In this document: one piece after another, positions 34,382-43,935 of the stretch
How positions within the stretch are numbered: position 1 is the stretch's first letter
Layout of the letters: every line of letters begins with the position of its first letter
Assembly (NCBI GenBank): GCA_001701115.1
Contig: DAAJ01000122.1
Span: forward strand, 30,545 to 85,140
Direction of reading: 5' to 3'
Source: Bacteroidales bacterium GP2
GTDB lineage: Bacteria > Bacteroidota > Bacteroidia > Bacteroidales > Muribaculaceae
Length of the DNA stretch: 54,596 bases
Notes under the pieces: generated by a model
The model's input: the letters and a program-made list of their open reading frames with translations, nothing else
Told to the model about the DNA's origin: nothing
Databases searched by the model: none
Program-made: the position numbers and the translations under genes

Positions 34382-34921
34382 TTACAAATTCACAAGTTCC
34401 ATGCCCTTGGATATAGCCGCGCGGTTAAGGTCAAGCAGATGATGATGACGTGCGGGGAGCACTTTACGCAAACCTTCCATGACACTCTCCACGGGCACTA
34501 CAGGTCTGATTTTCAACAAAGCGCCAAGCACAATCATATTGTAGGTCTTGGCATTTTTCAAATCAAATGTCGCTTCCATCGCATCTACCCTATAAATATT
34601 TATATCGGTGCGAGTAGGAGGACGGTGGATACCATAGGAGTCATATATAAGGGTTCCGCCGGGCTTTACCTTTGATTCAAATTTGTCAAGGCTCTGCTGG
34701 TTGAGAATCACCGCAGTATCGTATGTGTCAAGCACCGGTGAGCTGATAGGCTTGTCGCTAAGAATAACGGTTACATTTGCAGTGCCACCCCTCTGCTCAG
34801 GTCCATAAGACGGCATCCATGTGACTTCGAGATTATCGGTAAGTGCAGAATAAGCAAGAATCTTACCCATCGACAGGACACCCTGACCGCCAAATCCGGC
34901 TATGATTATCTCTTCTTTCAT
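34382..34921 (-). CDS. 2-oxoacid:ferredoxin oxidoreductase, gamma subunit
   Basis: 179 aa. N-terminus [19 protein letters not shown] is typical of the POR/KOR/VOR gamma subunit. Confidence 0.9.
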   Translation of the reverse strand: MKEEIIIAGFGGQGVLSMGKILAYSALTDNLEVTWMPSYGPEQRGGTANVTVILSDKPISSPVLDTYDTAVILNQQSLDKFESKVKPGGTLIYDSYGIHRPPTRTDINIYRVDAMEATFDLKNAKTYNMIVLGALLKIRPVVPVESVMEGLRKVLPARHHHLLDLNRAAISKGMELVNL

Positions 34922-35688
34922 TTGTCTATGTTTTTAAGGTCGCCGGGAGGATATGCGGGGAACATATTTTCCACCATCCATTCATTAGCCTTTGCTGGCG
35001 ACATTTTCCAGCCGCTGTTGCAAGTGCTCACCACTTCCACAACCGATGTACCCTTGCCGGCAAGGCTGTTTTCAAATGCCTTGCGTATAGCCTGCTTTGC
35101 CTTACGCACGCTTGCAGGATTATGGACGCTCTGCCTTGTAACATAGCATGTGCCCGGCAACTGTGCAAGGAGTTCGGTAATTTTAAGAGGATAGCCATTC
35201 AAATCAACCCTTCTGCCATAAGGGGTTGTTGATGTGGTCATTCCCTCAAGAGTGGTTGGCGCCATCTGCCCGCCGGTCATACCGTATATGCCGTTGTTTA
35301 TGAAAATAATAGTGATGTTTTCGCCTCGGTTTGCGGCATGAATCGTTTCAGCCGTGCCGATAGCCGCGAGATCACCATCACCCTGATATGTAAATACCAG
35401 ACGGTCCGGATTAAGCCTCCTTACAGCGGTTGCCACAGCAGGAGCACGCCCATGTGCGGCTTCAACCCAGTCTATGTCGATGTAACTGTAGGCAAACACA
35501 GCGCAACCTACCGGCGCAATGCCGATTGTTTCATGCTCAACGCCCATCTCTTCGATAACCTCTGCCACGAGCCTGTGCACAACACCATGGCTGCACCCGG
35601 GGCAGTAGTGCATATTTTTGTCGTTGAGAAGCCGGGGTTTTCTGTAAACCAGATTTTCCGGGCGTTTAATATCTTCGTTGCTCTCCAT
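34918..35688 (-). CDS. 2-oxoacid:ferredoxin oxidoreductase, beta (TPP-binding) subunit
   Basis: 256 aa. CPGCSHG and the GDGD...[14 protein letters not shown] motif. Confidence 0.9.
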   Translation of the reverse strand: MESNEDIKRPENLVYRKPRLLNDKNMHYCPGCSHGVVHRLVAEVIEEMGVEHETIGIAPVGCAVFAYSYIDIDWVEAAHGRAPAVATAVRRLNPDRLVFTYQGDGDLAAIGTAETIHAANRGENITIIFINNGIYGMTGGQMAPTTLEGMTTSTTPYGRRVDLNGYPLKITELLAQLPGTCYVTRQSVHNPASVRKAKQAIRKAFENSLAGKGTSVVEVVSTCNSGWKMSPAKANEWMVENMFPAYPPGDLKNIDK

Positions 35689-35693
35689 CTTTT

Positions 35694-36821
35694 TTATTTA
35701 GATTTGAGGAAATGGTTCTCAAAAGCATCAATCACCTCCTGCGGGTTAGGCACGATGCCTCCAAGACGTCCGAAATGCCTTACAGGAATCCTGTCTTTTG
35801 CCGCCATGCGCACATCTTCAATCATCTGTCCGGCATTAAGCTCCACAACAAGGATGCCTTTTACTTTCTTGCTCATTTCCGAGATGATTTCTTCGGGGAA
35901 GGGCCACAAAGTGACAGGACGAATCAGCCCGATCTTCAAGCCGCGCTCCCTTGCGTCTTCAATAGCCTTCAAGCAGATACGGGCTATTGAACCGAAAGCA
36001 ACCATCAGGTATTCTGCATCTTCAGTATAATATTCCTTATAGCGCACCTCATTGCGCTTGATCATATCATAGGTCTGCTGATAGCGGTAGTTGTTCTCCT
36101 CCATCTTGTAACTGTCAAGTTCAAGAGTGGTGAGCACGTTGGGCTTACGCCATTCCGGACGCCCGGTTACAGCCCAGGGGCACTGCTCGGCAATCTCCTC
36201 GCTTGTCCTGCGCGGACGGGCGGGAGGAAGCACCACTTTCTCCATCATCTGACCGACAATGCCGTCGGCAAGCATCATGACCGGGGTGCGGTATTTGAAA
36301 GCGAGGTCAAATCCAAGTCCAACAAAATCTGCCATCTCCTGAACAGTAGCTGGAGCAAGAACTATAAAATGGTAGTCGCCATGACCACCTCCTTTGGTTG
36401 CCTGAAAATAATCTGCCTGGGATGGGTGAATTGTTCCGAGACCGGGACCTCCCCTCATCACATTCACAACAAGAGCGGGAAGTTCACCTGCGGCAATATA
36501 GGACAGCCCCTCCTGCATCAGGCTAATGCCGGGACTTGATGATGAGGTCATCACTGCTTTGCCGGTAGACGCTCCTCCATACACCATATTTATTGCCGCA
36601 ACTTCGCTTTCAGCCTGCAGGACCACCATGCCTGTGGTTTCCCACGGCATCAGTGCCTCCAGAGTTTCAAGGACTTCGCTCTGCGGGGTTATAGGATAAC
36701 CGAAGTAACCGTCCACTCCGTACCTTACGGCTGCGTGGGCGATTGCCTCATTACCTTTCATCAATTTAACTTCTTCCATTTTTCTTTTAGGGGAAAATGC
36801 CATAGGCGTCTGCATCCTCAT
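35694..36821 (-). CDS. 2-oxoacid:ferredoxin oxidoreductase, alpha subunit
   Basis: 375 aa. LMKGNEAIAHAAVRYG...GYPITPQSE. The start at 36821 overlaps the delta-subunit stop (ATGA). An alternative ATG lies at 36779. Confidence 0.9.
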   Translation of the reverse strand: MRMQTPMAFSPKRKMEEVKLMKGNEAIAHAAVRYGVDGYFGYPITPQSEVLETLEALMPWETTGMVVLQAESEVAAINMVYGGASTGKAVMTSSSSPGISLMQEGLSYIAAGELPALVVNVMRGGPGLGTIHPSQADYFQATKGGGHGDYHFIVLAPATVQEMADFVGLGFDLAFKYRTPVMMLADGIVGQMMEKVVLPPARPRRTSEEIAEQCPWAVTGRPEWRKPNVLTTLELDSYKMEENNYRYQQTYDMIKRNEVRYKEYYTEDAEYLMVAFGSIARICLKAIEDARERGLKIGLIRPVTLWPFPEEIISEMSKKVKGILVVELNAGQMIEDVRMAAKDRIPVRHFGRLGGIVPNPQEVIDAFENHFLKSK

Positions 36822-37051
36822 TTAGCGGGAACGAGCCTGTAGACAGTTATGCATCCGTCGGGACAGACAGTGGCACACGCCGCACAACCTATGCAAGCCT
36901 GAGGATTTGAAGCAAATGCAAAATGGTAACCACGGTTATTTACCTCTTTGGGCTGCAGTTCAAGAACCTGTACAGGACACGCTACCACACAAAGGTCGCA
37001 TCCCTTGCAACGCTCCGAGTTTATATCGACAGCTCCTTTAGCTTTTGCCAT
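36818..37051 (-). CDS. 2-oxoacid:ferredoxin oxidoreductase, delta (4Fe-4S ferredoxin-like) subunit
   Basis: 77 aa. CKGCDLCVVACP and CIGCAACATVCP motifs. Confidence 0.9.
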   Translation of the reverse strand: MAKAKGAVDINSERCKGCDLCVVACPVQVLELQPKEVNNRGYHFAFASNPQACIGCAACATVCPDGCITVYRLVPAK

Positions 37052-37101
37052 ATCGGGTTTTACCGTTAATTATATTATTAATATTAGTAGTGTCAGTAAT
37101 G

Positions 37102-37109
37102 CAAAATTA
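37102..37109 (-). promoter_or_regulatory. TAnnTTTG promoter motif (TAATTTTG on the minus strand) for the oxidoreductase operon
   Basis: 51 nt upstream of the ATG at 37051. Confidence 0.6.
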
Positions 37110-37151
37110 CATCTTTTTTTACAGACCATCACTATTTAACACATACTTAAC

Positions 37152-37184
37152 CTATGGCACAACAAATGGTAAAATGTGCCATAG
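37152..37184 (-). terminator. 10-bp hairpin just downstream of the helicase gene (no clear U-tract)
   Basis: CTATGGCACA (37152-61) pairs with TGTGCCATAG (37175-84). It lies 16 nt past the stop at 37200. Confidence 0.5.
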
Positions 37185-37199
37185 CCCCGGCATATACGC

Positions 37200-38528
37200 T
37201 CAGGGACGGACTAATGTAACCCTAACTTTCTTATTTTTAAGCCTATGAGGTTCTACAGCCTTGATTATTGATGAGGCTTTAGCAGAAGGGACAGCAACAA
37301 GCGCCTCATGGTCATGCACACTTATTTTGCCGATTTCCCCTGACTGCACACCGCCGTTTGCTATAAGGAAACCGACAATATCACCTTTTGATATTTTTTC
37401 CTTGCGCCCTGCATTGAAATGGAGCGTGGATATGCCTGAGCGGAGGTCAGCATCCCCGGCTTCGGGAGGATAGTAATCCCTGTCCCACTCAACATAATCA
37501 GGCACAGAATCCGCCTCGGAAGTAATGACATAGGTTGTGCCGGACGCGCCATTGCGCGCTGTCCTACCGTTGCGGTGCACCCAGTTTTCAGCAGTAGGAG
37601 GCATGTGGTAATGTATCACCGCATCCACTCCGTCAATATCCAACCCTCTTGCTGCAAGATCTGTCGCAACAAGGGTATTTATCGTGCCGTTTTCAAAAAG
37701 CTCCACAGCCATCTGCCTGTCATGCTGGTCAAGACCGCCATGATACAATGCCGCCGGAATGCGTGCTTTTTTAAGGAACGAGTGTAGTCGTTCCGCGCTT
37801 TCGCGATGATTGACAAATACCATTGTTTTCTGCTTAGGAATAGCGCACAGCAAATCAACAAGTGTCTGTGCCTTATCCGCCGCGGGACTCTCTATATGCA
37901 CTTTCTGTAGATTAGCCGCTCCTCCGGTGCTGTAATCAAGTTCCTGCCATCCATCCTGGGGGAGGTAGTCCGGCAAACCCGAGGCTATTGTCGCAGAAGT
38001 GAGTATGAAAAGTTTCACAGATTTCATACGGCGGACAATCCGCTTCATGTCCGCCTCAAATCCAAGTTCCACGCATTTGTCGTATTCATCGAGCACAAGT
38101 GCCGTAGCGCCGGACAAATCAAGCGAACCTCGGTTAAGATGATCCAGCAATCTGCCCGGAGTTGCAACAACAATGTCCGGAGCAGGCACAAGGGAGTTTT
38201 TCTCATCCTCCATCTTGTGACCCCCGTAAAGTGAAACGATTTTATAGCCCGATGCCGCACCTTTCACTACCGAAGCAATCTGAAGCACCAGCTCCCTTGA
38301 CGGTGCAATAATGACACCCTGCACTCCCCTGCCTGGTTCTGAAATATTCTTGAGCAGGTTTATTACAAACGCTATAGTCTTGCCGGAGCCGGTAGGAGCA
38401 GCAAGCCTGATACGGCGCGAAGGTGAAGCAGCTATTTCAAGCTGCATCGGCTTAAGGGCTGAGATGCCCAGCTTAGCCGAAATGTTTGCGAGTATATCTT
38501 GTTCTTTCATATAATATATAAGCGTCAA
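37200..38528 (-). CDS. DEAD-box-type ATP-dependent RNA helicase with a DbpA-like C-terminal RNA-binding domain
   Basis: 442 aa. Q-motif PMQ, Walker A APTGSGKT, motif II as DEYD, SAT, and HRNGRTAR. The C-terminal domain resembles the DbpA RBD. Confidence 0.85.
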   Translation of the reverse strand: MTLIYYMKEQDILANISAKLGISALKPMQLEIAASPSRRIRLAAPTGSGKTIAFVINLLKNISEPGRGVQGVIIAPSRELVLQIASVVKGAASGYKIVSLYGGHKMEDEKNSLVPAPDIVVATPGRLLDHLNRGSLDLSGATALVLDEYDKCVELGFEADMKRIVRRMKSVKLFILTSATIASGLPDYLPQDGWQELDYSTGGAANLQKVHIESPAADKAQTLVDLLCAIPKQKTMVFVNHRESAERLHSFLKKARIPAALYHGGLDQHDRQMAVELFENGTINTLVATDLAARGLDIDGVDAVIHYHMPPTAENWVHRNGRTARNGASGTTYVITSEADSVPDYVEWDRDYYPPEAGDADLRSGISTLHFNAGRKEKISKGDIVGFLIANGGVQSGEIGKISVHDHEALVAVPSAKASSIIKAVEPHRLKNKKVRVTLVRP

Positions 38529-39538
38529 AGCTCGCTAAAGTTCTTACGGCGCTTTATAAAATATTGCCAGAGGATGCTTTTGCCTGAATTAGGTTGTTCA
38601 TTAAGCAAGTCCTTGCCAGGATGGGATGTGTAAAATTTGCGCATGGTGGCAAAATCACGATGCGCTCCCACTATAGCGGATGCATTCTTTATATCCAGTG
38701 TCACCATAAATTTAGCCCATGCTATAGTATCGAGAAGCCGACGCACAAACAACCGCTTTTTCCGCACGCTATCCGGCGAGTTCTTATGGAGCATCAGCAG
38801 GTTGTTCCTGAAATTAAGGTACGTTTTCTTAGGATTCTGCGCCGGCAAGCTTCCTCCGCCGAGATGATATACTGCTGCATCTGGCACAACAGCTATGTCA
38901 TAACCGAGCAACTTTATCCGCCAGCACAAATCAATCTCCTCCATGTGGGCAAAGAACTCCTTGTCAAGCCCACCGGCTTCCTTATAAACTTCAGTGCGCA
39001 CCATGAGAGCCGCGCCGCTCGCCCAGAAAATGCTTGCCGGAGTGTCATACTGCCCGTTATCATTTTCTATCGAGTCAAAAATTCTTCCGCGGCAGTATGG
39101 ATAACCATGTTTGTCAAGGTAACCGCCACACGCGCCGGCATATTCAAACTGCTCCGGATGGTTTGCCGAAAGGATTTTTGGCTGTGCCGCCCCGCAATCC
39201 GGATTGCTTTCCATATATTCAAGCATCGGCGTGACCCAATCGCTTTTTGCTTCCACATCACTGTTCAAGAGAACACAGTACTGAGTATCTATCTCGTTAA
39301 TCGCCCGGTTATAACCTTCCGCAAAACCATAATTCTTGCTGAAACTTATGATACGCACATCCGGATATGCCTCCTTAATGTATTGCAACGAATTATCAGA
39401 GCTGCCGTTGTCTGCAACAATAAGCTGAGCTGACTCCGGCATGAAGCGTACAATGGACGGGAGGAAGCGTTTTAGCAATTTCTCACCATTCCAATTCAAT
39501 ATTATAACCGATACGAGCGGAGTGCTGCTATTTCTCAT
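38525..39538 (-). CDS. glycosyltransferase family 2
   Basis: 337 aa. VSVIILNWNG...ADNGSSD...GFAEGYN...LNSDVE motifs typical of GT2 (rhamnosyltransferase-like). Confidence 0.85.
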   Translation of the reverse strand: MRNSSTPLVSVIILNWNGEKLLKRFLPSIVRFMPESAQLIVADNGSSDNSLQYIKEAYPDVRIISFSKNYGFAEGYNRAINEIDTQYCVLLNSDVEAKSDWVTPMLEYMESNPDCGAAQPKILSANHPEQFEYAGACGGYLDKHGYPYCRGRIFDSIENDNGQYDTPASIFWASGAALMVRTEVYKEAGGLDKEFFAHMEEIDLCWRIKLLGYDIAVVPDAAVYHLGGGSLPAQNPKKTYLNFRNNLLMLHKNSPDSVRKKRLFVRRLLDTIAWAKFMVTLDIKNASAIVGAHRDFATMRKFYTSHPGKDLLNEQPNSGKSILWQYFIKRRKNFSEL

Positions 39539-40878
39539 TCCAAAACTTCTCCTTCAATTTCCTCGCCATTGAAATCTCCAAGGCGCACATTCACAACCTT
39601 GTTTGCCAGAGCAGGATTCGCAGGCAATTTAACTTTCAAATAATTATCGGTAAAACCCCACATGAAGCCACCTTTGCTTGAGTGCTCTACGAGTACCGGA
39701 CGGACAGTGCCTTTATATGCTGCGGCAAATTCAGCAAGTTTACCGTCAGATACCGCAATCATCTCCTTTACCCGTTCATGTTTATCCGCCTGGCTCACAA
39801 TCGGAGTTATCTCCAATGCTTTTGTGCCGGGTCGCTCTGAATATGGGAAAACATGGAGGCGGGTAATAGGCAAACTGCTCACAAAAGCCAGGGAATTTTC
39901 AAAACGCTCCCTGGTTTCACCTCTTGCACCGACAATCAAATCAACACCTATAAAAGCATCCGGAAGCACCTCCCTTATTTTTTCGATGCGGTGACGGAAC
40001 AGGGAGGTATCATAGTGCCGGCGCATAAGTTTCAGCACCTCATCGTCACCACACTGCAACGGTATATGGAAATGAGGCATAAACGCACGTGACTGTGCCA
40101 CCCATTCAATTATTTCATCGGTAAGGAGATTTGGCTCGATAGATGATATGCGGTAACGCTCTATGCCCTCTACCTTGTCCAACTCCTTTATCAGGTCAAA
40201 AAAGTTGCTATCAGTGCCTTTACCGAAATCACCTATATTCACTCCTGTAATGACTATCTCTTTTGCTCCGGCATCAGCTACTTCCACCGCCTTTTCAACA
40301 ACACTTGCAACTGAGCCTGAACGGCTGCGCCCGCGCGCCATCGGGATGGTGCAGTAAGAGCAGAAATAATCGCACCCGTCCTGTACTTTGAGAAACCAAC
40401 GCGTGCGGTCGCCACGCGAACATGACGGATTAAATTCACGAATATCTTTTGCCGGAGTCATCATCATCATCGGCTCTTTTTCAATAAGCCACTTGTCGAT
40501 ATACTCTACGAGTTTAAGTTTCCGGTCTATTCCGGCAACTATCTCCACCCCCGGCAAAGCGGCAACTTCTCCTGGCTTGAGTTGCGCATAGCATCCGGTA
40601 ACAACAATAGCGGCGTCATGCCATTTCCGCGAAAATGCACGGATGGTCTGACGGCATTTCTTGTCGGCAAGCTCGGTCACGGAGCAAGTATTGACAACCA
40701 CTATGTCCGGTATTTCACCGGGCTTGGCACGATCTATGCCTCTCTCGGCAAGCATAGCTGCAACAGTTGAAGTCTCAGCAAAATTCAGCTTGCAGCCGAA
40801 AGTATGGAAGAAAGCCTTCAATGGCTTTGGATTTGAATTGCAATAACTTTTTTGCATAACGGATGCAAATTTAGTCAA
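39535..40878 (-). CDS. mtaB: tRNA methylthiotransferase, MiaB/RimO family (MtaB-like)
   Basis: 447 aa. UPF0004 N-domain (TFGCKLN), radical SAM motif GCDYFCSYC and a TRAM-like C-terminus. Confidence 0.85.
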   Translation of the reverse strand: MTKFASVMQKSYCNSNPKPLKAFFHTFGCKLNFAETSTVAAMLAERGIDRAKPGEIPDIVVVNTCSVTELADKKCRQTIRAFSRKWHDAAIVVTGCYAQLKPGEVAALPGVEIVAGIDRKLKLVEYIDKWLIEKEPMMMMTPAKDIREFNPSCSRGDRTRWFLKVQDGCDYFCSYCTIPMARGRSRSGSVASVVEKAVEVADAGAKEIVITGVNIGDFGKGTDSNFFDLIKELDKVEGIERYRISSIEPNLLTDEIIEWVAQSRAFMPHFHIPLQCGDDEVLKLMRRHYDTSLFRHRIEKIREVLPDAFIGVDLIVGARGETRERFENSLAFVSSLPITRLHVFPYSERPGTKALEITPIVSQADKHERVKEMIAVSDGKLAEFAAAYKGTVRPVLVEHSSKGGFMWGFTDNYLKVKLPANPALANKVVNVRLGDFNGEEIEGEVLE

Positions 40879-40920
40879 AAATCCGCACCCGCTACGAAAT
40901 GTGCTATGCTGAACGAAGGA

Positions 40921-41376
40921 TTATTGCAGCAAAGAGTTGAGATAGGTACTGTCCGGTTCGGAGATTTTCACTTCCCGCCCTTCATCTCTTGCAACCTTAA
41001 TGGCACTATTCATTTCATCAAGGTTTTCTTTCAACGCGGAGAAAACGGTTTCTGATATGTTTATTGCAGCCCCGTCTGGAATGTTGCAAGTGTAGTAACC
41101 ATCCTCAATTTTCACGTTGCTATAAAACCTGTAAACCGCCGCCTTCATTTTTGCAACATCATCTTTATTTACTGAGTAGCGTAAATCCGGATTCCCCACA
41201 ATATTGACCAGTGCTTCTACATCAACATCTATAAAAGCATTGTTATCAACATACTCTTTCACTGAGGCTGCATGTGTATTGTTTTCTGAAACAGCAGCAG
41301 ATTTCTCTCCGTTATTTGAACATCCTGTCATAAGCAACAGGATGGCAGACATTAAGGTTGTAACCGCCTTTCTCAT
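40921..41376 (-). CDS. hypothetical lipoprotein
   Basis: The start at ATG 41376 gives MRKAVTTLMSAILLLMTGCSNNGEK (lipobox). A TAnnTTTG motif lies at 41400-07, which is inside the longer ORF-track version. Confidence 0.6.
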   Translation of the reverse strand: MRKAVTTLMSAILLLMTGCSNNGEKSAAVSENNTHAASVKEYVDNNAFIDVDVEALVNIVGNPDLRYSVNKDDVAKMKAAVYRFYSNVKIEDGYYTCNIPDGAAINISETVFSALKENLDEMNSAIKVARDEGREVKISEPDSTYLNSLLQ

Positions 41377-41399
41377 AATGCAAGTAATTTTATCAATTG

Positions 41400-41407
41400 C
41401 AAAAATA
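41400..41407 (-). promoter_or_regulatory. TAnnTTTG promoter motif (TATTTTTG on the minus strand)
   Basis: 24 nt upstream of the ATG at 41376. It probably drives the lipoprotein-mtaB-GT2-helicase operon. Confidence 0.55.
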
Positions 41408-41516
41408 GCATCCTGTATCTGAATCAGCAAATCTGAACGGCACAATATAAACGTAAGTCAGAACATTATTAGACATTTAAGGGTTAATATAGAATAAATA
41501 CACATTGAAATTGATT

Positions 41517-43184
41517 ATGCTTACAGAAAACCTAATAGAGATATACGCGGAAAGCTTCCGAAATAACTGGGATTTGCCGGCTGTCACTGACTATGTGACC
41601 GGTGAAAGCCATACTTATGGAGAATTTGCGACAAGGATCGCCCGGACACATCTATTCTTTAAAGAATGTGGGGTTAAGAAAGGTGACAAGATAGCGTTAC
41701 TCGGCAAAAACACCATATCTTGGGTTGTGACCTACATGGCTACTGTGACCTACGGAGCAACAATAGTGCCTATACTCCAGGATTTCAACCCACAGGATGC
41801 ACAGCACATTGTAAACCACAGCGAATCAGTACTTCTTTTCGTTGCAGACAGCATCTGGGACAACCTTGAATTTGAAAAGATGCCGAAAGTAAAGATTGCG
41901 ATGTCGCTTGACGACGCAAGAGTGCTTGCCGAGCATCCCGACAACAGCGGCAGGGCATATAAGGCTATCGGGGGGCTGAGAAGGAAATTTGACAAGCTTT
42001 ATCCTCGCGGCTACACCAAAGATGACATATCATATCCCGAAATGCCTAAAGATTCTGTTGCTGAAATCAATTATACCTCAGGCACAACAGGATTTTCCAA
42101 AGGGGTAATGCTGACTCAGAACAACCTTTGCGGCAATGTGGTGTTCGGCATGAAATCACGGTTACACTACAAAGGTTCACGTTGCCTATCTTTCCTCCCG
42201 CTTGCACATGCCTACGGATGCGCTTTTGATATGCTTGTCCCGCTTGCCGTCGGCACCCATGTGACTCTGTTCGGCAAACTACCGTCACCGAAGGCATTGC
42301 TGAAAGCTATGTCTGAAGTACGCCCGAACCTGATTCTGTGTGTGCCGCTCATACTTGAAAAAATATACCGTAACCAGATTCTCCCGGCAATTTCAACTCC
42401 ATCGGTAAAACGGCTCATCAAAATTCCGATACTGAACAAAACAGTATTCTCGAAAATCAGAAACAAACTCATTGACGCTTTTGGCGGACAATTTGAAGAG
42501 GTAATTGTTGGAGGCGCGCCGCTCAATCCTGAGGTTGAGGCATTCTTGTACAAAATCAAATTTCCGTTCACCGTTGGATATGGCATGACAGAATGCGGTC
42601 CTCTTATCAGCTATACTCCCTGGAAGAAATTCATACCGGGGTCTGCCGGACGGACACTGCTGGGCATCATGCATTCAAAAGTGCTTAGCGATGACCAGGC
42701 AAAGATTCCGGGAGAGATTTGCGTGCGCGGCGAGAATGTGATGAAGGGTTACTACAAGAACCCGGAAGCAACCGAAGCTGTGCTGGACAAAGACGGATGG
42801 CTGCATACTGGCGACATGGGTACAATCAGCGATGATGGCACCATTTTCATAAAAGGGCGCTACAAGACCATGATTTTATCAGCAAACGGTCAAAACATCT
42901 ATCCGGAAGAAATCGAGGCAAAACTCAACAATATGCCTTTTGTTGCAGAAAGCCTGGTTGTTGAGCGTGGCAAACGGCTGATTGCACTCGTTTATCCAGA
43001 TTATGAAGCTATGGACAAGCAACATGTCACCTCGGGAATGCTTCCTCAAATCATGGAGAAAGTGGTAGAGGAGCTAAACAAGGTTGTTGCTCCATACGAG
43101 CGAATAGACAGGATACAGCTTATAGCCAACGAGTTTGAAAAGACTCCGAAACGATCCATCAAGCGTTATCTCTACAACGCCTGA
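41517..43184 (+). CDS. AMP-dependent long-chain fatty acid--CoA ligase
   Basis: AMP-binding motif YTSGTTGFSKGV, TGDMG and the KTPKRSIKR tail. I prefer the ATG at 41517 to the TTG at 41505 from the ORF track. Confidence 0.85.
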   Translation: MLTENLIEIYAESFRNNWDLPAVTDYVTGESHTYGEFATRIARTHLFFKECGVKKGDKIALLGKNTISWVVTYMATVTYGATIVPILQDFNPQDAQHIVNHSESVLLFVADSIWDNLEFEKMPKVKIAMSLDDARVLAEHPDNSGRAYKAIGGLRRKFDKLYPRGYTKDDISYPEMPKDSVAEINYTSGTTGFSKGVMLTQNNLCGNVVFGMKSRLHYKGSRCLSFLPLAHAYGCAFDMLVPLAVGTHVTLFGKLPSPKALLKAMSEVRPNLILCVPLILEKIYRNQILPAISTPSVKRLIKIPILNKTVFSKIRNKLIDAFGGQFEEVIVGGAPLNPEVEAFLYKIKFPFTVGYGMTECGPLISYTPWKKFIPGSAGRTLLGIMHSKVLSDDQAKIPGEICVRGENVMKGYYKNPEATEAVLDKDGWLHTGDMGTISDDGTIFIKGRYKTMILSANGQNIYPEEIEAKLNNMPFVAESLVVERGKRLIALVYPDYEAMDKQHVTSGMLPQIMEKVVEELNKVVAPYERIDRIQLIANEFEKTPKRSIKRYLYNA

Positions 43185-43935
43185 CCTGCTCCTCTACATC
43201 AAGGAAGTATTGCCCTTTGTTTTTAGTGCGGGAGCCGTAAGCAACCGCATGGACAGGACATACATGGTAGCAACCAAGGCACATGGTGCAGTTTCTTCCC
43301 CAGCAGGGACGCCTGTCTTTCATTTCTATATTTGATGCCGGGCAAACTCTGGAGCATTTCCCACATCCGATACATGCGTCTGTTGCGTGAAACGGTTTTG
43401 GTGACATAAGGAATTTCACGAACAGCGGATATAGAATCTTTGTCTTTATCCACGGCAATGCGCCGCGGACAACACTGTCCACTTTCGCACCGCATCTGAT
43501 TCCTCGTGCAACCTCAGCAATCCGTGCCTCGCATTTTTGCAGCTTCTCACCTGAAACGCTCAGAGGATCAACGTCAAAGCCGGGAAGAACCACATAGTTA
43601 TTTGGCATCTGCACCGACCACGCGCCTCTTGCGCGCCACCCTTTGCGGCGCATCAGCTTCCGCCACATTTCATGGGCAAGACCGACATCGTCGCCACAGG
43701 TGCACACCATGAAATGCTCGGCTGCATCAAGGCATTGAGCCTTGTTTATAAATTTTTTCACCACAGGAGGAATTCCCCATGAGTATATTGGAAACACCCA
43801 TATTATTTTTTCACCCTCCTTTGCTTTCGGGGCGAAGGACACATTGCTTATGTGGCTGAGTTCCTGCGAGGTCAATGCTGCAAGACGCTCAGCCACATAA
43901 CGCGTGTTTCCTGTGCCGGAGTGCCAATATATCAT
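43159..43935 (-). CDS. flavodoxin-like plus 2x[4Fe-4S] ferredoxin fusion (EFR1-family ferredoxin)
   Basis: 258 aa. N-terminus IYWHSGTGNTRYVA is a flavodoxin-like FMN loop. CIGCGKCSRVCP and CTMCLGCYHVCP motifs follow. Confidence 0.8.
   Translation of the reverse strand: MIYWHSGTGNTRYVAERLAALTSQELSHISNVSFAPKAKEGEKIIWVFPIYSWGIPPVVKKFINKAQCLDAAEHFMVCTCGDDVGLAHEMWRKLMRRKGWRARGAWSVQMPNNYVVLPGFDVDPLSVSGEKLQKCEARIAEVARGIRCGAKVDSVVRGALPWIKTKILYPLFVKFLMSPKPFHATDACIGCGKCSRVCPASNIEMKDRRPCWGRNCTMCLGCYHVCPVHAVAYGSRTKNKGQYFLDVEEQVRRCRDNA

Noticed and set aside
38594-39433. A 279-aa plus-strand ORF lying entirely antisense to the GT2 gene. Similar long antisense ORFs occur at 35338-36030, 19289-19906, 51408-52016, 28200-28769, 24157-24720 and 10834-11316.
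   Set aside because: Each lies opposite a gene with clear family motifs. The translations are Cys/His/Arg/Ile-rich with no recognisable motifs and no promoter motif. They are the usual stop-poor antisense frames of coding DNA.
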